DNA of 64,000 nucleotides from Phaeosaccion multiseriatum (Eukaryota > Protista > Ochrophyta, other classes). The stretch covers positions 3,162,001-3,226,000 of the forward strand of contig OZ218960.1 in the NCBI GenBank assembly GCA_965112735.1, written 5' to 3'. The translations under genes were made by a program, and so were the position numbers. Below, piece after piece: positions 39,010-52,522 of this stretch (positions are counted from its first letter, which is position 1; every line of letters starts with the position of its first letter). A model generated the notes under the pieces. It worked only from the letters and a program-made list of their open reading frames with translations, made no database searches and had not been told where the DNA came from.

Positions 39010-42000
39010 TTGTCTGTCTCTCTATCTGTCTATCTGTCTGTCGATCTGTCTGTCTGTCTATCTTCTCTCTTACTTTCCTCCATGTGTGTAACCGTGCCTG
39101 TGCGCCTGTCTATCTTGTGTGCGTCCCTCAGTCAGAAGGCGAGGGGACTCGGTCCTTCGGAGGAGGAGCTCCTCGGGGCGGGCTCAGGGTACATCGGCAA
39201 GGTGAGGAGCAAGGGGGGGCGGGGACGGGCGGCTTGTGTGAGTGTGTGTGACGGCCAGTGCCAAGCCAATGCCCACACAGACAGACAGAGGCCTGCATGC
39301 AGATGAGCAATCGACGCACCTCTCAGATTGCCTGTGCGCTGCGTGCTGCTCCCTTCCCTTCCCTACTCGCGCAGTTCGGGGTGGGGGCCATCCAGGCGGG
39401 CTTCTTCATCGGCGATGAGATGAGGGTCACCACCAAGGTGTGTGAGGCAACGCCTTGACCCGCACCAAGCTTCTCTCCATGTCCCTCCATCTGTGTCTCC
39501 ATTTCTCTTTGTCTTTCTCTCTCTCTCTCTCTCCCTCTCGCTCTCTCCCTCGGGTGCCTTCGCAAACGCCAAACCGACTTGCCCTCCTCCCCACACTCCT
39601 CTCCTCTGACCACATGCCCATGTTCCACATCAGTTCAAAGACAGCGTCGATGTGCGCACTTTCTCCATGAGCGAGAAGAAGTTCGCTGAGCGCGCTGCCA
39701 AGAATCAGGCCGTGTACAAGGATGCGCTACAGACAAGGAGGGCCGGGGAGGTGAGCGCCTGCAGATGGCAGTGGATGGATGGGGGGGCGCTCCTGTTAGT
39801 AAGCAGTGGCCAGAGCCATAGACTACCATCCACCCCTTCTGTCCTGACACCTGTCCCGCTGCTGCTGTGCGTCCCCTCAGGTGGAGGGTAGGGAGCTTGA
39901 GGGCGGCATGTTCGCTCTGCTGGCGACGCTCGAGAAGCAGACGGAGAGCTTCACGTACATCACGCTCACGCTCAGAGAGGAGCGCCTCAACGACATTCGG
40001 ACCAACAAGGTGAGGCTTACTTAGGCTTACTTAGGCATACGTAATCACACGCGCCCACGAAGTGCTGCAGAACGTTACAGAAGGTTGTGCGATTTCGTGC
40101 CGTGACGTGTGCCATGGCGTGGCTCTTGTCTTGTGCATGTGCTTATGCGTGACTCTCTCTCCCCCTCTCTCTTTCTCTTCTCTCTCTCTCGCCCTCTGCC
40201 CCGCTCTCTCTTCTGTCCCTCTCCCTCTGTCTGTTCTCTCTCTCCCTCTCTCCCTCTCTCTCTCTCCCTCCCTCCCTCTGCCTCTCCCTCTCTCTCTCTC
40301 AGGGGCGGGCGCTCAAGGCCGGGCTGTGCCACATATACCACTACTACCTCCACCCCAGGGACTTCCCGGGCTGCAGAGACAAGGACAAGCAGCGCCGCCT
40401 CGGCTTCTCGCAGTCCCAATCAGGGGGCTGGGGGGAGGGCAGCAGCAGCCAGGGGGCGGGAGGGGGGACCTTCTTACCCCTGACGAATAAAGGTGAGCAA
40501 GGAATCGTAGTGGGGCAGAGGGGCGGGGGAGGTAGCGACACTGACTGCTCACCTGAAATGAATAGTCTGCAACCTTTCTTACCCCCCCACCCCTCCTCAC
40601 TCCTGCACCCACCACCATCCACTGCCATCCACTGCCATCCACTGCCATCCACTGCCATCCACCCCCCTCCAGAGCGGTGGGACATTTCCTTCCAGATGTT
40701 CGGCCCCAAGGTGGGCGCGGGCTCGACTCTGAATGTGGCGGAGGAGGAGCTGAGTCTCAACACGGGCGGGCTGGAGAGCCTGTACCTGTCCAGGCAGAAG
40801 GAGAGCTTCAAGTTCGACATGGAGGTGAGGCGTGGGGAGGGGCCTGACTGCCACCAACTAGACATCCAACCCGCCAACCAGCCAATCAGCCTCTTTATCA
40901 GTCATTCCGCGAGTAGAAGAAGAATACGGGAGGGGGGGAGAGCACGAGGTATAACGGTTGGTGATACAGCTTTTGGCCTGACGCTGATGATCCATGTCGC
41001 TCTGCCTGTCTCTCTCCCTTCCTTCCCTTCCCTTCTCTCCCCTTCCCATCCACTGCCATCCCATCCCGTCCCCTCCTCTCCTGCTGGCTGTGCATGCGTG
41101 CCCCCTGTGAATCAGGTGGTCGACCCCGTGTGGCTTGCCAAGAACCCCTCCGTGCCCCGCGCTGAGTGCACGGGCAGGGATCGACTCACAGTGACGGGCG
41201 TGCTCTACTTCTATCCCTTCGACGGCAGCCACGAGACGCGCCCCTCCCCGGTGCTGGCCATCGGTAGAGACGACGCTATTGAAATCTACGACTCGGAAGA
41301 TGAGGAGGAGGAGGAGGAGGCAGCTCAAAACGCATCGGCCGAGCCTGTGTTCGAGGTGTTTTGGATGCGCAGGCTGGTGCCACACTCCTCCGCGCTGTCC
41401 CTCAGCTTCTTCCCCAAACTGGCGAGGGCCAAGACGCTGAGTGCGCTTGGCACTAACTGGAGGGGCCGCATCAAGGGCATGCTCTTCTTTGACTGGAACT
41501 ACCCCATCTCCAACAACAAGCTCAAGCTCAGCGTGCCCATGCCGGAGGGGGACCTGCAGGTAGCACTCAACGCCACGGACTATGTCAGGTACAGAAACCG
41601 CGGCATTACGGCACAATTCAAGAGCTGGTTGGAGAAGTGCCACAAGGAGCTCGACAAGGAGGTGCGCTTCCACGGAGCGCTGACAGGGGAGAGTGCCAAG
41701 GATTGCCCGAAGGACGAGCAGGGCCGCTGGTGGGGCAAGGTCAGCTTCGGGGAGAGCTCCTCAGACAACCTCACCTTCAGCGTAAGTCAGCGAAAAGAGT
41801 CGAGCGGTGGTGGTTGCTACAGTTACGTTTTGCGTGGCATTTGGCCGTACCATGGCGTCCTACTGGGCAGTGGCTCTTCGTGCGGTTGAGCTTTGCCTGA
41901 ATTTTGTTTATCCCATCCTCTCTGCCTTTGCCGCCTCTCAACCTCTGAACCTCTCAACCAACCAACCAACCATCCAACCAACCAACCATCCAACCATCCA

Positions 42001-45000
42001 ACCAACAGACCAACCAATCAACTAACCAACCAACCAACCTACCATTGAATGCCTCTGTCAGAGGGATGACAAAGTGCAGCTGCGCAAGCCTGCTCCCAAG
42101 CGCAAGGCAGGGAGCAGCAAGCCCAAAGACCAAAAGGAGCAAGTCATTCTCGGGCAGATCGTCCGCTTCCTGTCCGACGAGAGGGACAGGGGAGGGGGGG
42201 GTAGGGGGGAGATGTACGGAGACGGACACGTTGTGTACCTGCGCATGCCCGCAGAGGTGTTCGGCGAGGGCTGCACCGAGACCCTCCCTCTGGCCTACCT
42301 CACCAAGGGGGCCCGTCCTAGTGCGCAGGCGTGGAAGGCGCAGATGGACGAGTGTCTGAAGGTCATGCCCGACAAGCTACAGATGGAGTGTGTGGCGAAG
42401 AACCATAAGGGGAGACCCATGCCGGAGAAGCTTCTCATGACGGCAGGGCAGGTGGGGGACACGGAAGACGAGTGGTTGCGCTTCGTTGTCACGGTCTTGG
42501 ACCGTACGGGCAAGTCCATTACCTCGCTGCCCACGGGACTGGAAAGGGGAGGAGGCAGCAAGGGGAAGATAGCGGTGAGGAGACGCTTCCTCCGAAGGCT
42601 GGACAAGAAGGAGAAGGGCAAGAAGGCTGCTTACGAACCGTTCGGAGAACCCGAGGATAATGAGGCGCCGCTTGCAGGGAAGATTTATCAGTTCTGGCAC
42701 AAGGGGGACTTTCCCAAAGGGACGTACAAGATGCAGCTGCTGGTGCTGCTCAGGGACGGGGGGTCGGGAGGGTGGAAGGAGTTGGACAAACCCTGCGTGG
42801 AGAGGAGGATCGTGGTGCTTCCTGGAGAGGCCGAGAAGATGGTGTTCGAGCGGGAGGACACTTGCGTGAGTCTGGGGCAGCTGAGCCTCCTGCCCGAGAT
42901 GAAGCTCACCTTCACGGACAGAGGGGACGAACCGGTGCTGCTCACCGACCTCCGCAAGGTGACGGTGGCTTGCGACTCGCCCAAGGGCCTGTTCAAGGTG
43001 CAGTACAAGGGTGCAGAGACGAATGTGGATGCCTTCTGCCCCGAGCCCAACCTGCTTGACGACGCCAAATTCGTCATCTTCGAGGAGGGGGACTTTCAGG
43101 CCACAGGGCTCAAGAAGGTTATCATACCGCAGGAGGGCGCCTCAGGTCAGTTGGGCAGCCAGGCAGGAAGCAGGGCGGGAGGGAGGGAGGGAGGGAAGGA
43201 AGGAGGGAGGGAGGAAAGGTCAGTCAGTCAGTCAGCCGTTCACTCAGGGAGTCGGTCAGTCCATCAGGCCTTCAGTCAGTTAGGCAGAGTCAGTCAGTCA
43301 GTCAGTCAGTCAGTCAGTCAGTCAGTCAGTCAGTCAGTCAAGCTCTCGGTCTGTCAGTCAGTGTGTATGGTCAGATAGGTTGTTTGTGTGACTTCCGTCT
43401 CTCTCTCTCCCTCCCTCCCTGCGCCTGCTGATGCCCTCCTCGCCCTCTCCACTCCACTGCCTGCCTCCTGCCTGCATCACCCTGCCCCGGGATGGTCAAC
43501 CACTGCCATCCTCAGGGTCCCAGCCCGCCATGCTGGACGTGAGCTTCAGCATTACGGCGGTGCTAAAGAGCGGCAGGGAGTTCAGGGACACCTTCGTGTG
43601 CGGCTTCGTGGCGGGGCCTCCGTGCTCCTTCCAGGTGGGTGGGACGGCACCGCTCGAGAGGGGTCGCAATCACTCACTCTCCTCCCCCTCTCTTCTCCTT
43701 GCTCTCTCACGTGCAAACCGTCCTTTGGTCTTGACCCTTCCTCCTTTCCCCACCCGCGTCTCATCGCTCGTCGAGCAACAGGTGATCGACGAAACTGCAT
43801 CCAGCGAGGATCGCCAGCTGGATAACCAACTGCTGGTGCTGCAGAACCGTACGCTGAGGGATCTCCGGCTCGGCGTGTACGACTTTTGTGGGAATCGAAC
43901 GCCGCGCCTGGAGGACGAGACATGGACGGTGCGCCTTGGGCTGCCATCCGTATCCACCTACATCGAGCAGTCGGGGGAGGAGCTGGAGTCGTTCAGGGAG
44001 GGGAAGGCACAAGACGGGGCTCTCCAGGTACCTATCTGCCTTCTACCGGGGAGGGAGGGGTAGACAAGGGACATTCACTCAGTGCTTGTATTGCTTGACT
44101 GATTGCTTGATTGAGTGAGTGAGTGAGTGAGAGCTGATTAATTGATGGGTGGATCTATCTACATTGATGGGCTGATGCGTCGGTGGACTGCTTCCCCACC
44201 CATCCGAATGCCTCCCTCTCCCTCCCGAGCAGCTGCAGAGCGTCGAGAAGGAGTTCGCACCACGCTGCGGCCTGTTCGGCAAAGTGGAGGAGCAGGTAAG
44301 GAAGCGCCTCCCATCCCTGACTGCGACCCACTCACTGACTTACTACGACTGGCTGCCTCAGGTGGAGCCTACCGGTGTGGTGACCTTCGCGGGCTTCGGG
44401 GTGGTCATGGACCTCGTCATGCAGCAGAAGGGAGAGGGGGAGGGGATGGCAGTGGAAGGGCAGCCCATCAACACCACGCTGCAGGTGGAGCTCGTCCGGA
44501 CCAAGATGAAGGTTCGTGTATCTGTATCATTGGATGGGTCTATCTACCTGCCTACCTGCCTGCTTTTGTGCCTCTCCTTTTCTCCATACCAGCAAGCAGC
44601 ATTCACCCGCCGCCTTCTGCTGCGCTGCTCCTCTGAAACTCAAACTGCTGACCACCGACCATGCTTCCCACACATACACACATGACCATACACACACACA
44701 CACACACACACACAGGGCAACGAGATGGTCCCCTTGACGGAGGAGGAGGGCGGCGGCCTGTCCGGTGCCATCCGCCTTTCTGTAACGCCATGTAAAGAGG
44801 CCATCGATGTGATGCTCTTCAAGGACGGTCGTGACTGGCCCGTGGAAACGGAAGACCATATCCACGAAGCCGGCTCGGAGGTGACGGGCCTGACGCTTCA
44901 CGCGGAGGACCAACTGCACAGGCGCGTCGACATGCTCACAGAGGCGGTGCCAATGCTGGGCACGGTGACCACGACGTGGGAGGCGGGCTGGTCGTGGAGC

Positions 45001-48000
45001 GGGCCGGCGAAGGCCAAGGGCAAGGGCAAGGCCAATGCGAGCTCCGGTCTCACCACCGAAGGTACTCTCTCTCCTTCCTCCCTCCTCCCTCTCCTCCCTT
45101 CCTCCAGTGGAAGTGGTTGGGATGGCTGAGATTGCTCAACGCGGATGCACCCCCTCACTCCCTCCCTCGCTCCTCGACGTGACTCCCCTGCTCTCTATCC
45201 AGGAGCCATCGAGTTGCCTCTCATCAGCTTCCCCACCGACCTCACGGAGCCGAAGCTTTACAGTGCGTATGCGAATGGCTAGTGAAAGTGGTTGTCACTT
45301 GCCTTTGCTTGTACAGTGTGTAGTGCGGATCGTTGTAGCAGAGATGTGTTATGCGAGGCGTGAGGGAGGCAGAGGCAGGCAAGGCAGGCAAGGAGGGAGA
45401 GGCCCATTGCTCTGATCACTGACATATTCACACCGCCATGTGTCGCGATTCCCTTTTGTGCTTCATATCTGCACCACAGAGAACGAAGGTGGCCCGGAGC
45501 AAGAAACTCTCTCCCAACCCGAGCCCCTGACAACGCCGACAATGTGGATTCAGATAGATGCAGAGCGCATCCGCCCCCTGCTCCTTCCGTGGGACTCCAC
45601 CCCGCTCAACGACTTCTGCGGCTTTCGGCTTGAGGCCGCTCCTGCAGACCATTGGGCCCTCAGCAGCAACTCTAGCAGCAGCCGGCAAGCAGTAGCAGAG
45701 ACGAGTGGTGGGGGCGGCGGCAGTAGCCAAGGAGGGGGCACTAGCAAGAAGAAGAAGAAGAAGCACAAGAAGAGGGGCAGAGACGCATCCCCCCAGGAGG
45801 TAGAGCTGTCTCCGTCCGAGCTGACTCGGCTCCGGATGGCGACGCTCTCTCCGGAGGCGGCGGCCACCATCTTGGTGGATGTGGAGGCCACCGATGAGCA
45901 GGTACCAAGCGGGGCTCGTTTGCTGACTTACTCGCGTATGCCCCAATCTAAAGGGCTCTTTCCTCTCTGGCCTCTCATCGCTTGCCTATCGCCCATGCTC
46001 TGTCCTCTGTTCTACCTCGTGTCTCTCGCCCCGTGTCCCTCTCCTTCTCCATCGCCCCTCTCCTCTCCTCACCATTCTGCTGTGCTGTGCGGCTCAACAG
46101 GTTGGCGACGAGCTGCAGCGCCAACTCGAGGGGGAGATCGTGCTCGCGGATGAGTACGGCAACACCACTCAAAAGGGCACCAACTGGGAGCAGGTATGCT
46201 ACGCTTACACGCACCATACACGCACACAAGCAGTTCAATTTCAGCTGACCTCTAATCACTATCGAAATCGATACGCTCCAGAGCTAGCACGAAACAAAGC
46301 ACTCACTGACGGTCCCACGCCACCCCTGTATCACCAACTGCTCCCCCTTCATCAGAGGAAGACCTTCGTGCGTGTGGAGGGCCTCCCCGGGGTGAGCGCG
46401 GAGTGCCCCCCCGGGGGACTGGTGCGGCAGGAGGGCCGCTTTTGGGCCATCCCCGCGGGGCTGAAGATCACAGGGCCGCCCAGCGCCGCGGAGGGGTGGC
46501 TCGTCATTGGCAGCGAGCCGGTGGGGGCAGGTCAGTCAGGGAGGAAGGAAGGGAGGGAGGGAGGGGTGAGGGAGGGGTGAGGAAGGGAGCGAGGCAGTGA
46601 GGGAGGAAGGGAGTGAGGGGTGAGAGAGCAAGTCACTACACGTGAGAGTGAGTTGAGAATGAGTGAGTGGGTGGCGTGAATGAGCGAGTGAGTGAGTGAG
46701 TGAGTTGAGCATTGAGTGGGCTAGAAGGTGTAAGTGGCCCCTTCAACTCAAAGAAGAGCGCCTTCCACCCCTGCTTCTCTCCTGCCCCTCTCTTGCCCCA
46801 CCTCAGCCGAAGAAGAGGAGCTGCCACCCCTCAGGGTCCGCCTGCGCTGGAGAACCGGCAAGCCCGTCCGGCTCCTGCTGCGCTGCCCCCTGCTGTCCGT
46901 CGACGAGTGGGTGGCCAGCGCCCAAGTCAGACTACCTGCGGGCGCCAGGGTGAGCGGGCTGCAGGTCATGGCAGTGGACAGCGCTGGAAGAGCGGCCTTC
47001 GTGGACGAGTCCCCGGGGGGCGGGCTGTCCGTTGGGGTGCAGCACCCCGGGGGCGCGAGCAGCAGCAAGGGCGGCAAGAACAGTGGCGTAGGCGCAGAGG
47101 CGGGGGCGGTGTCGCTGACGAATGGCGGTCAGCAGGAGGTGGCCTTTAAGGTAGGGCATCAGCATGCATACTCTAGTCTGACCCCTTGCCAGAGCCTGCC
47201 TTCGGCTGCCTTCTGACTGCCCTCTAGTGAGTAGCGATTGCATTCGCCCCTCATCCTCTGCCTCTTTCTGTCGCTCTCTCCACCGCTTCCCACGGCTTCT
47301 CCCTCCCTCCCCCACCCCCTCCCTCTTTCCACACACTCAGCCCTTCACCGTGCTTCAAGGGCTGGACGGAGGCAAGGGCGGGGGGAGCGGCTCAAAGAAA
47401 AGCAGCACCCTCACCCTGACCTACTCGGTCGCAGCCACGCCCCCCCCGGGCGGAGGGAGCAGCAGCAGTAGCAGCAGCAGCAAAGGCCGAGGCGACGAAG
47501 AAGCTCTGCCGGCCCCCGCGCAGCTCGTGTGCACCCTGCTGCAGACCAACCGAGTGACTTTCCTCCACCTCCGCATGCTCTACACGCTTGGCGACGACTC
47601 CAAAGCCACAGATGGCGTATCGAATGCAGAGGCCGTGGATGCCGACGTGAGGGCCCTGGTGAGTGGCGAGCTCTCCCTGCAGGACAGTCGCTGCCTCGCG
47701 CACCTTGACGTGGCGGAGACGCCGGTGGACCAGCGCCTGCCCGCGTTGGTGATCTACGCCGAGACTGCAGATGGCCAGATTCGCGTGCCGCCCCTCGGGG
47801 ATCTGCAGCTCGAGCTGACCCCCCCGGGAAGTGGAGGAGGAGGAGGAGGAGGAGGAGGAGGAGTGTCGCTGGAGGACCTGTACGAGTTTGTGGGGCAGGG
47901 AGGCGAGGGGAGCGAGGAAGGCGGGGGCCTGCAGACGGCGGTGCTGCTGCGGCCCAAGCTGCGCCCCCAGGAGGGGCAGGAGATGGCCACTGGCAAGTAC

Positions 48001-50255
48001 TCCTTCCAGTGCAGCTACACGGAGCGGAGGCGGCACATCACTAACCCGAGCGGCGAGGGAGACACGCAGGTGGGTGGAGGCTTGCCTTCGTCTCTGGGCT
48101 GTCGCTCTGTTCCTGCCTGTTGCTCCCACTTCCGCCACCCCCGAACCTTGACTCTGGCCCTGCTTGCCTGCTCTTCTGCTGTTCCTCTCTCTCCATCTCT
48201 GGTCTCTCTCCTTCTCTCCCCTTTCTCTAACTTTGCCTCTCTCTCTTCGATCGCCTCTCCGTGTCCTCCCTTTCCTGTGCCCCCTGCCTTTCCCTGGGCA
48301 TGTTGTGCATACACCCGGCAGGAGGACAATGTCGTCGTCGTCAGGGCGCGGTCCTTCGCCCTGAAGGTGGTGGCTGGGCTGCCCAAGTCTTTGGTGTGCA
48401 CGTCCGGCAACTTCGGGGACAAGTACCCTATGAGCGCGAGCAACCGGCCCGGGGACGTCAGCGAGGCGGTCAAGCAGCGGCTGCTCGCACCGGGGAAGAT
48501 CAAGTTTGGCACTGTTGACAAGTTCGGTAACGCGTGCCCGGCCAATGCGCTGAAGGGCCGCCTCTGCGCAAAGGTGACTCGGCTTACTCCTGCCGGAGGC
48601 GAGGAGGCAGAGGCGCCGGCAGGGGAGAAACTGCCTCGCCTGCCTCGCTTGGCCGGGAGTGATGCGGAGGGGGTGCTGGAGAGCCGGGCGCTGACGTTTG
48701 AGAACCTCGGGCTGGCGGCGGGCGAGGGAGACGCAGATGGCGAGTACGGATTGGTCATCTACAGCCATGACTCCGGGGAGAGACACCTGAGAATGCAGCA
48801 GCCCTTCCGATTCTACACAGACCAGGCAAGGAAACTGAAGCTGAAACTGGTTGCGAATGCCTGCTGGGTGCCTGTGGTGCCGGTGTTGCATGCATCTGTC
48901 GCTCGAAAGCTGCCGAGCACCGATCAGAACCCTTTGTCGCCGGTCTCAGTCCTGATTGATTGCATGTCTCTTTTGCTGTGTGTGCTCCACGCCTTTCTTG
49001 ACGGGTGGGCAGGCGAGGATTCAGCGGCAACGGCAGATTCAGGACAAGCTGGAGCCCTTGGTGGCGCTGAAGGACAGAGTGGAGGTGAGGGGCACGGGGC
49101 AAGGGGGGAGCCGAATGGAGTGCCGTCACGCTCTTTGCATTGGAAAGCGGGCCCCGAGAGAGGGGCTAGAAGCTTCCTCTCTCCCTCTGCCTCTCCCTCT
49201 CCCTCCATCCCTATCCTCTCTCTCTCTCCCTCTCTCCGTCTTCTCTCTCCCTCTCTCCCCACATCTCTTTCTCCCTCCTTCTTCTCAAGCTTTCTCGCAC
49301 CGATGTATGTGTATCGTGCATTGTCTGAAGCTCCTCTCCGACCGCTGCCCCTCCCCTGCCCTGCCCTGCCCTCGCTCGCTCATTTCGATGGATGGATGGA
49401 TGGATGGATGGATGGATGGACTGGCCCTGCTTGACCACTGGCCTGAACTGTGCTGGACCGGCCTTGCAGAGGAAGCAGCGAGCGGCAGAGACGGAGAAGC
49501 AGGCCGCAGTCAATGCCTTCAGACAGCGTGTGAGCAAGTCCAGCTTCCCCGCGCAGTTCCGGAGGGCCCTCGACATCCAGAACCTGCCCCTGAGCAAGCA
49601 GATCTGCGACGGGTGGCTGGGGGAGCGCAGAAAGGAGTTGGAGGAGGCGACTCGGAAGGAGGAGGGCCGGCAGCAGAGGCAGCGGCACGAGGCGGAGGAG
49701 AGAGGTCGGTACAAACAGAGACACGCACGCGCCTGTGCTCGTGCCTCGCTGACTTGTTGTTCCTCTTGTTTGACTCTTGTTCGATGCCGCAGCAGCAGCG
49801 CAGCAGGGCAGCGGGAGTGGGAGCGGCGGCGCTCGGCCGGCGAAGGTGAATAGGCCGCTGACGCCGGACGAGATGCACACCATAGATCCCATCGGGGGCG
49901 GCATGCTCGTGGAGCTGGTGCGTGGGGTACTTACGTGGGGTTATGTACATGAGATGAGAAGGGAAGCAGAGGAAAGGGGAGGGGAGGTGTGGGGTTATGT
50001 ACATGAGATGAGAAGGGAAGCAGAGGGGGAGGAGAGGAGAAGGGAGGGAATCAGGCGTGACAGTTCGCTGAGTCAAGTCTAGCCAAGCTCTCTCTTCACC
50101 CCCTCTCTCTCTATGCCGCTGCTTCTTGCGTCCGCGGCCTCTCTAGCGAGAGAGACAGAGAGGCCGTGCTGACCCCTCCTCACCTATTTGCATATGCCAG
50201 CGGTGCCTTCCTGACCCCCTGTACTGTGCCCTCTGTGTGCCATGTGTACCTGGTG

Positions 50256-50326
<71 letters not shown>

Positions 50327-50673
50327 GTGATCATCGTGATCAGGGCTTCGTGGATGACCCGCACTTGGCCGGCATCCTGTCGTGGACCGCAAGCTCCCGG
50401 ATCCGCATGGTCTTTTGCAAGACACTCGAACAGGTACGTAAGGGCACGTAAGGAGGGTGATGTCGATGGCCCTTGAGCGGTGGCGTACATGTCGATGTCG
50501 ACACAGCGCAGCGGCCACCTGCGAGGCGCTTCCACAGAAGGGCTTTCGCTTTCCGCAGGGGCTTGCCTGCCACGAGGCCTTTTGTTCGGTGTCACCCTCA
50601 TCATGTTCCCTGGCTTCCTTTCGCCTTTCTTTTGGCGCCCCTCATTACTTAGAACTTACCCCATCAATGTCTG

Positions 50674-50708
<35 letters not shown>

Positions 50709-52522
50709 AATGAACGATGGATGGACGGATGGATGAATGTGCGCAGTTCAATAGCGCCCTTCGCTTCAAACTTAAGGCCGCGTGGGAGCAGAACATTCGC
50801 ACCCACAAGTGAGTTGTGTACATGACGTGTGCAGAGGCTTCTGTGAATCCATCTTTATTCTGTCCGACCCACCCACCCCCCACTCTCCACAGCCCCGCCG
50901 CCGCTTCCTCCTCTAACACCGATGGCCGCTCATCTCAATATCCAAATCTCTCGCCTCTCGATACGATCCAGGCCCAGGCCAGGTGACGTGCCCGGTAAGC
51001 TTGGGCTGGAGCCGCTGGTGGGCGTGAAGGGCTTCAGGGGCTTCGCTGTGAATCTCATTCAGCTCAGGGAAGAACATGAGCATCTCCGGGCCACGCTGTT
51101 CTACGCCGTCTACGGCAAGTGAGTGCTGCACTTTCAGTTTCAGTTTCATTTGATTGATTGTATCGAGCACGTCGATTCGATGCTGCTGGGCATCGGGGCC
51201 GTGGTGGGTATCGCACATGGGTGAGGTGATGCTTGTCGCGTCTTCCCTCTCACTCTGGAGTGTGTGTGCGTCTGTTCCGCTCGTCGGCCGATCGTTGTCA
51301 CCGAGGCGCTAAAAGTGTGTCCCTTCTCTAACTTTCTGATATCACGACTACCTGGTGTCTGCTGTGGTGTGGTGCAGCACTTGTGTGTTCGACACGCTTG
51401 ACGACGCCAGCAAGGCAATGGCAGGACGCAGGAAGAGCAACAAGATAGTGTACACGGTAAGCAGCCAGCCAGGCGTATGGGCAGGCAGGCAGGCATACAC
51501 GCTCATTTCGACTTCCTCCCTCAAGCCTACCTATTACGTGCGATGGGACTTTCGAAGCCTTGGGACTTGTATGAGAGCCTGGAGAAGCCCCCCCTCGACT
51601 GACCAATCCTCTCTTCCCCTGTGCTGTGTGTGGGGCACGCAATGGGTACCCGTGCGCACCCCAACCAAAACCCCCTGGCCTGCCTCAGGCGGTGTGTTTG
51701 GACGGCAAGCGACTCGACGCCTCGGGCATCGCGGGCGGCGAGGACGTCTACAACGCCAGCAGAGTGCTCAACGTGTACGGAGCGCTGCCCAGGGACGAGC
51801 ACCCGTACGTGGTCAGGGAGGCGATGGCAGTGGACGGACTTGTCTTGCTTGACTTGCTTGGCTTTGTGCTTTGCGCTCGTTAGTCCTTCAACCTCCTTGT
51901 CAGAGAAAGGCCTTTCTAACCACCCTACCCCCCTCTATCTTGCCTTACTCTTGGCACGTACACGCATGTGGCTCCGTGTCTCCGGTCCCCCCTCTCTGTC
52001 GCTCTCTCTCGCTGTCGCTCTCTCTCTCTCTCCTGCTGTCTCGCTCTTTCTCTTTACCACCGAAGTGCGGCGGCCTCGGGTAGCGCTGGTGCGCGTGGTG
52101 GCGCTTCGTCCGCCTCCGTAGCCGCCAGCCGTGAGCTTCAGGAGCTGCAGCAAAAGGTGCGGTCTCTGGAGGAGCTCAGCCCCATCTTTGAGGCCTACGA
52201 CGCCGCAGTGAGCAAGGCGGAGGAGGCGGGAAGCAGCACCCTTGTCATCCCCAGCCCGGAAGGGGAGGAGGGAGGGGCAGGCACGGAGGTCACCATGGCA
52301 CAGCTGGACCAGCAGATTCGGGAGCTCCAAGCGGCGGGCGACGATGTTGCACAAGGAGGGGCAGGGGCAGGGGGGCGCCGCTTCGGCATCATCGTCCTCG
52401 GCGTCGAAAAGTCGAGCGAGACAGCGGGGAGATGGCGATGCAGGAGGGGGTGGGGGACAGCGAAAGCGAGCCAAGAGATAGAAAACAAAGGAGGAGGACA
52501 CATCTTCTTTAATCATGAATAG
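37593..52522 (+). CDS. SMCHD1: SMCHD1/GMI1-like protein copy 1 (UBL - GHKL ATPase - transducer - BAH-like - Ig-like linker - coiled coil - SMC hinge), ~30 exons
   Basis: UBL-like [12 protein letters not shown]...[11 protein letters not shown], then [20 protein letters not shown] boxes [24 protein letters not shown]|[18 protein letters not shown]. Transducer [13 protein letters not shown]...RIKGMLFF...ISNNKLKL. Hinge GMLVEL|[24 protein letters not shown]...[31 protein letters not shown]. Confidence 0.88.
50256..50325. repeat. (CAT)n tract immediately before the hinge-exon acceptor
   Basis: Directly visible, ~23 units. Confidence 0.9.
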
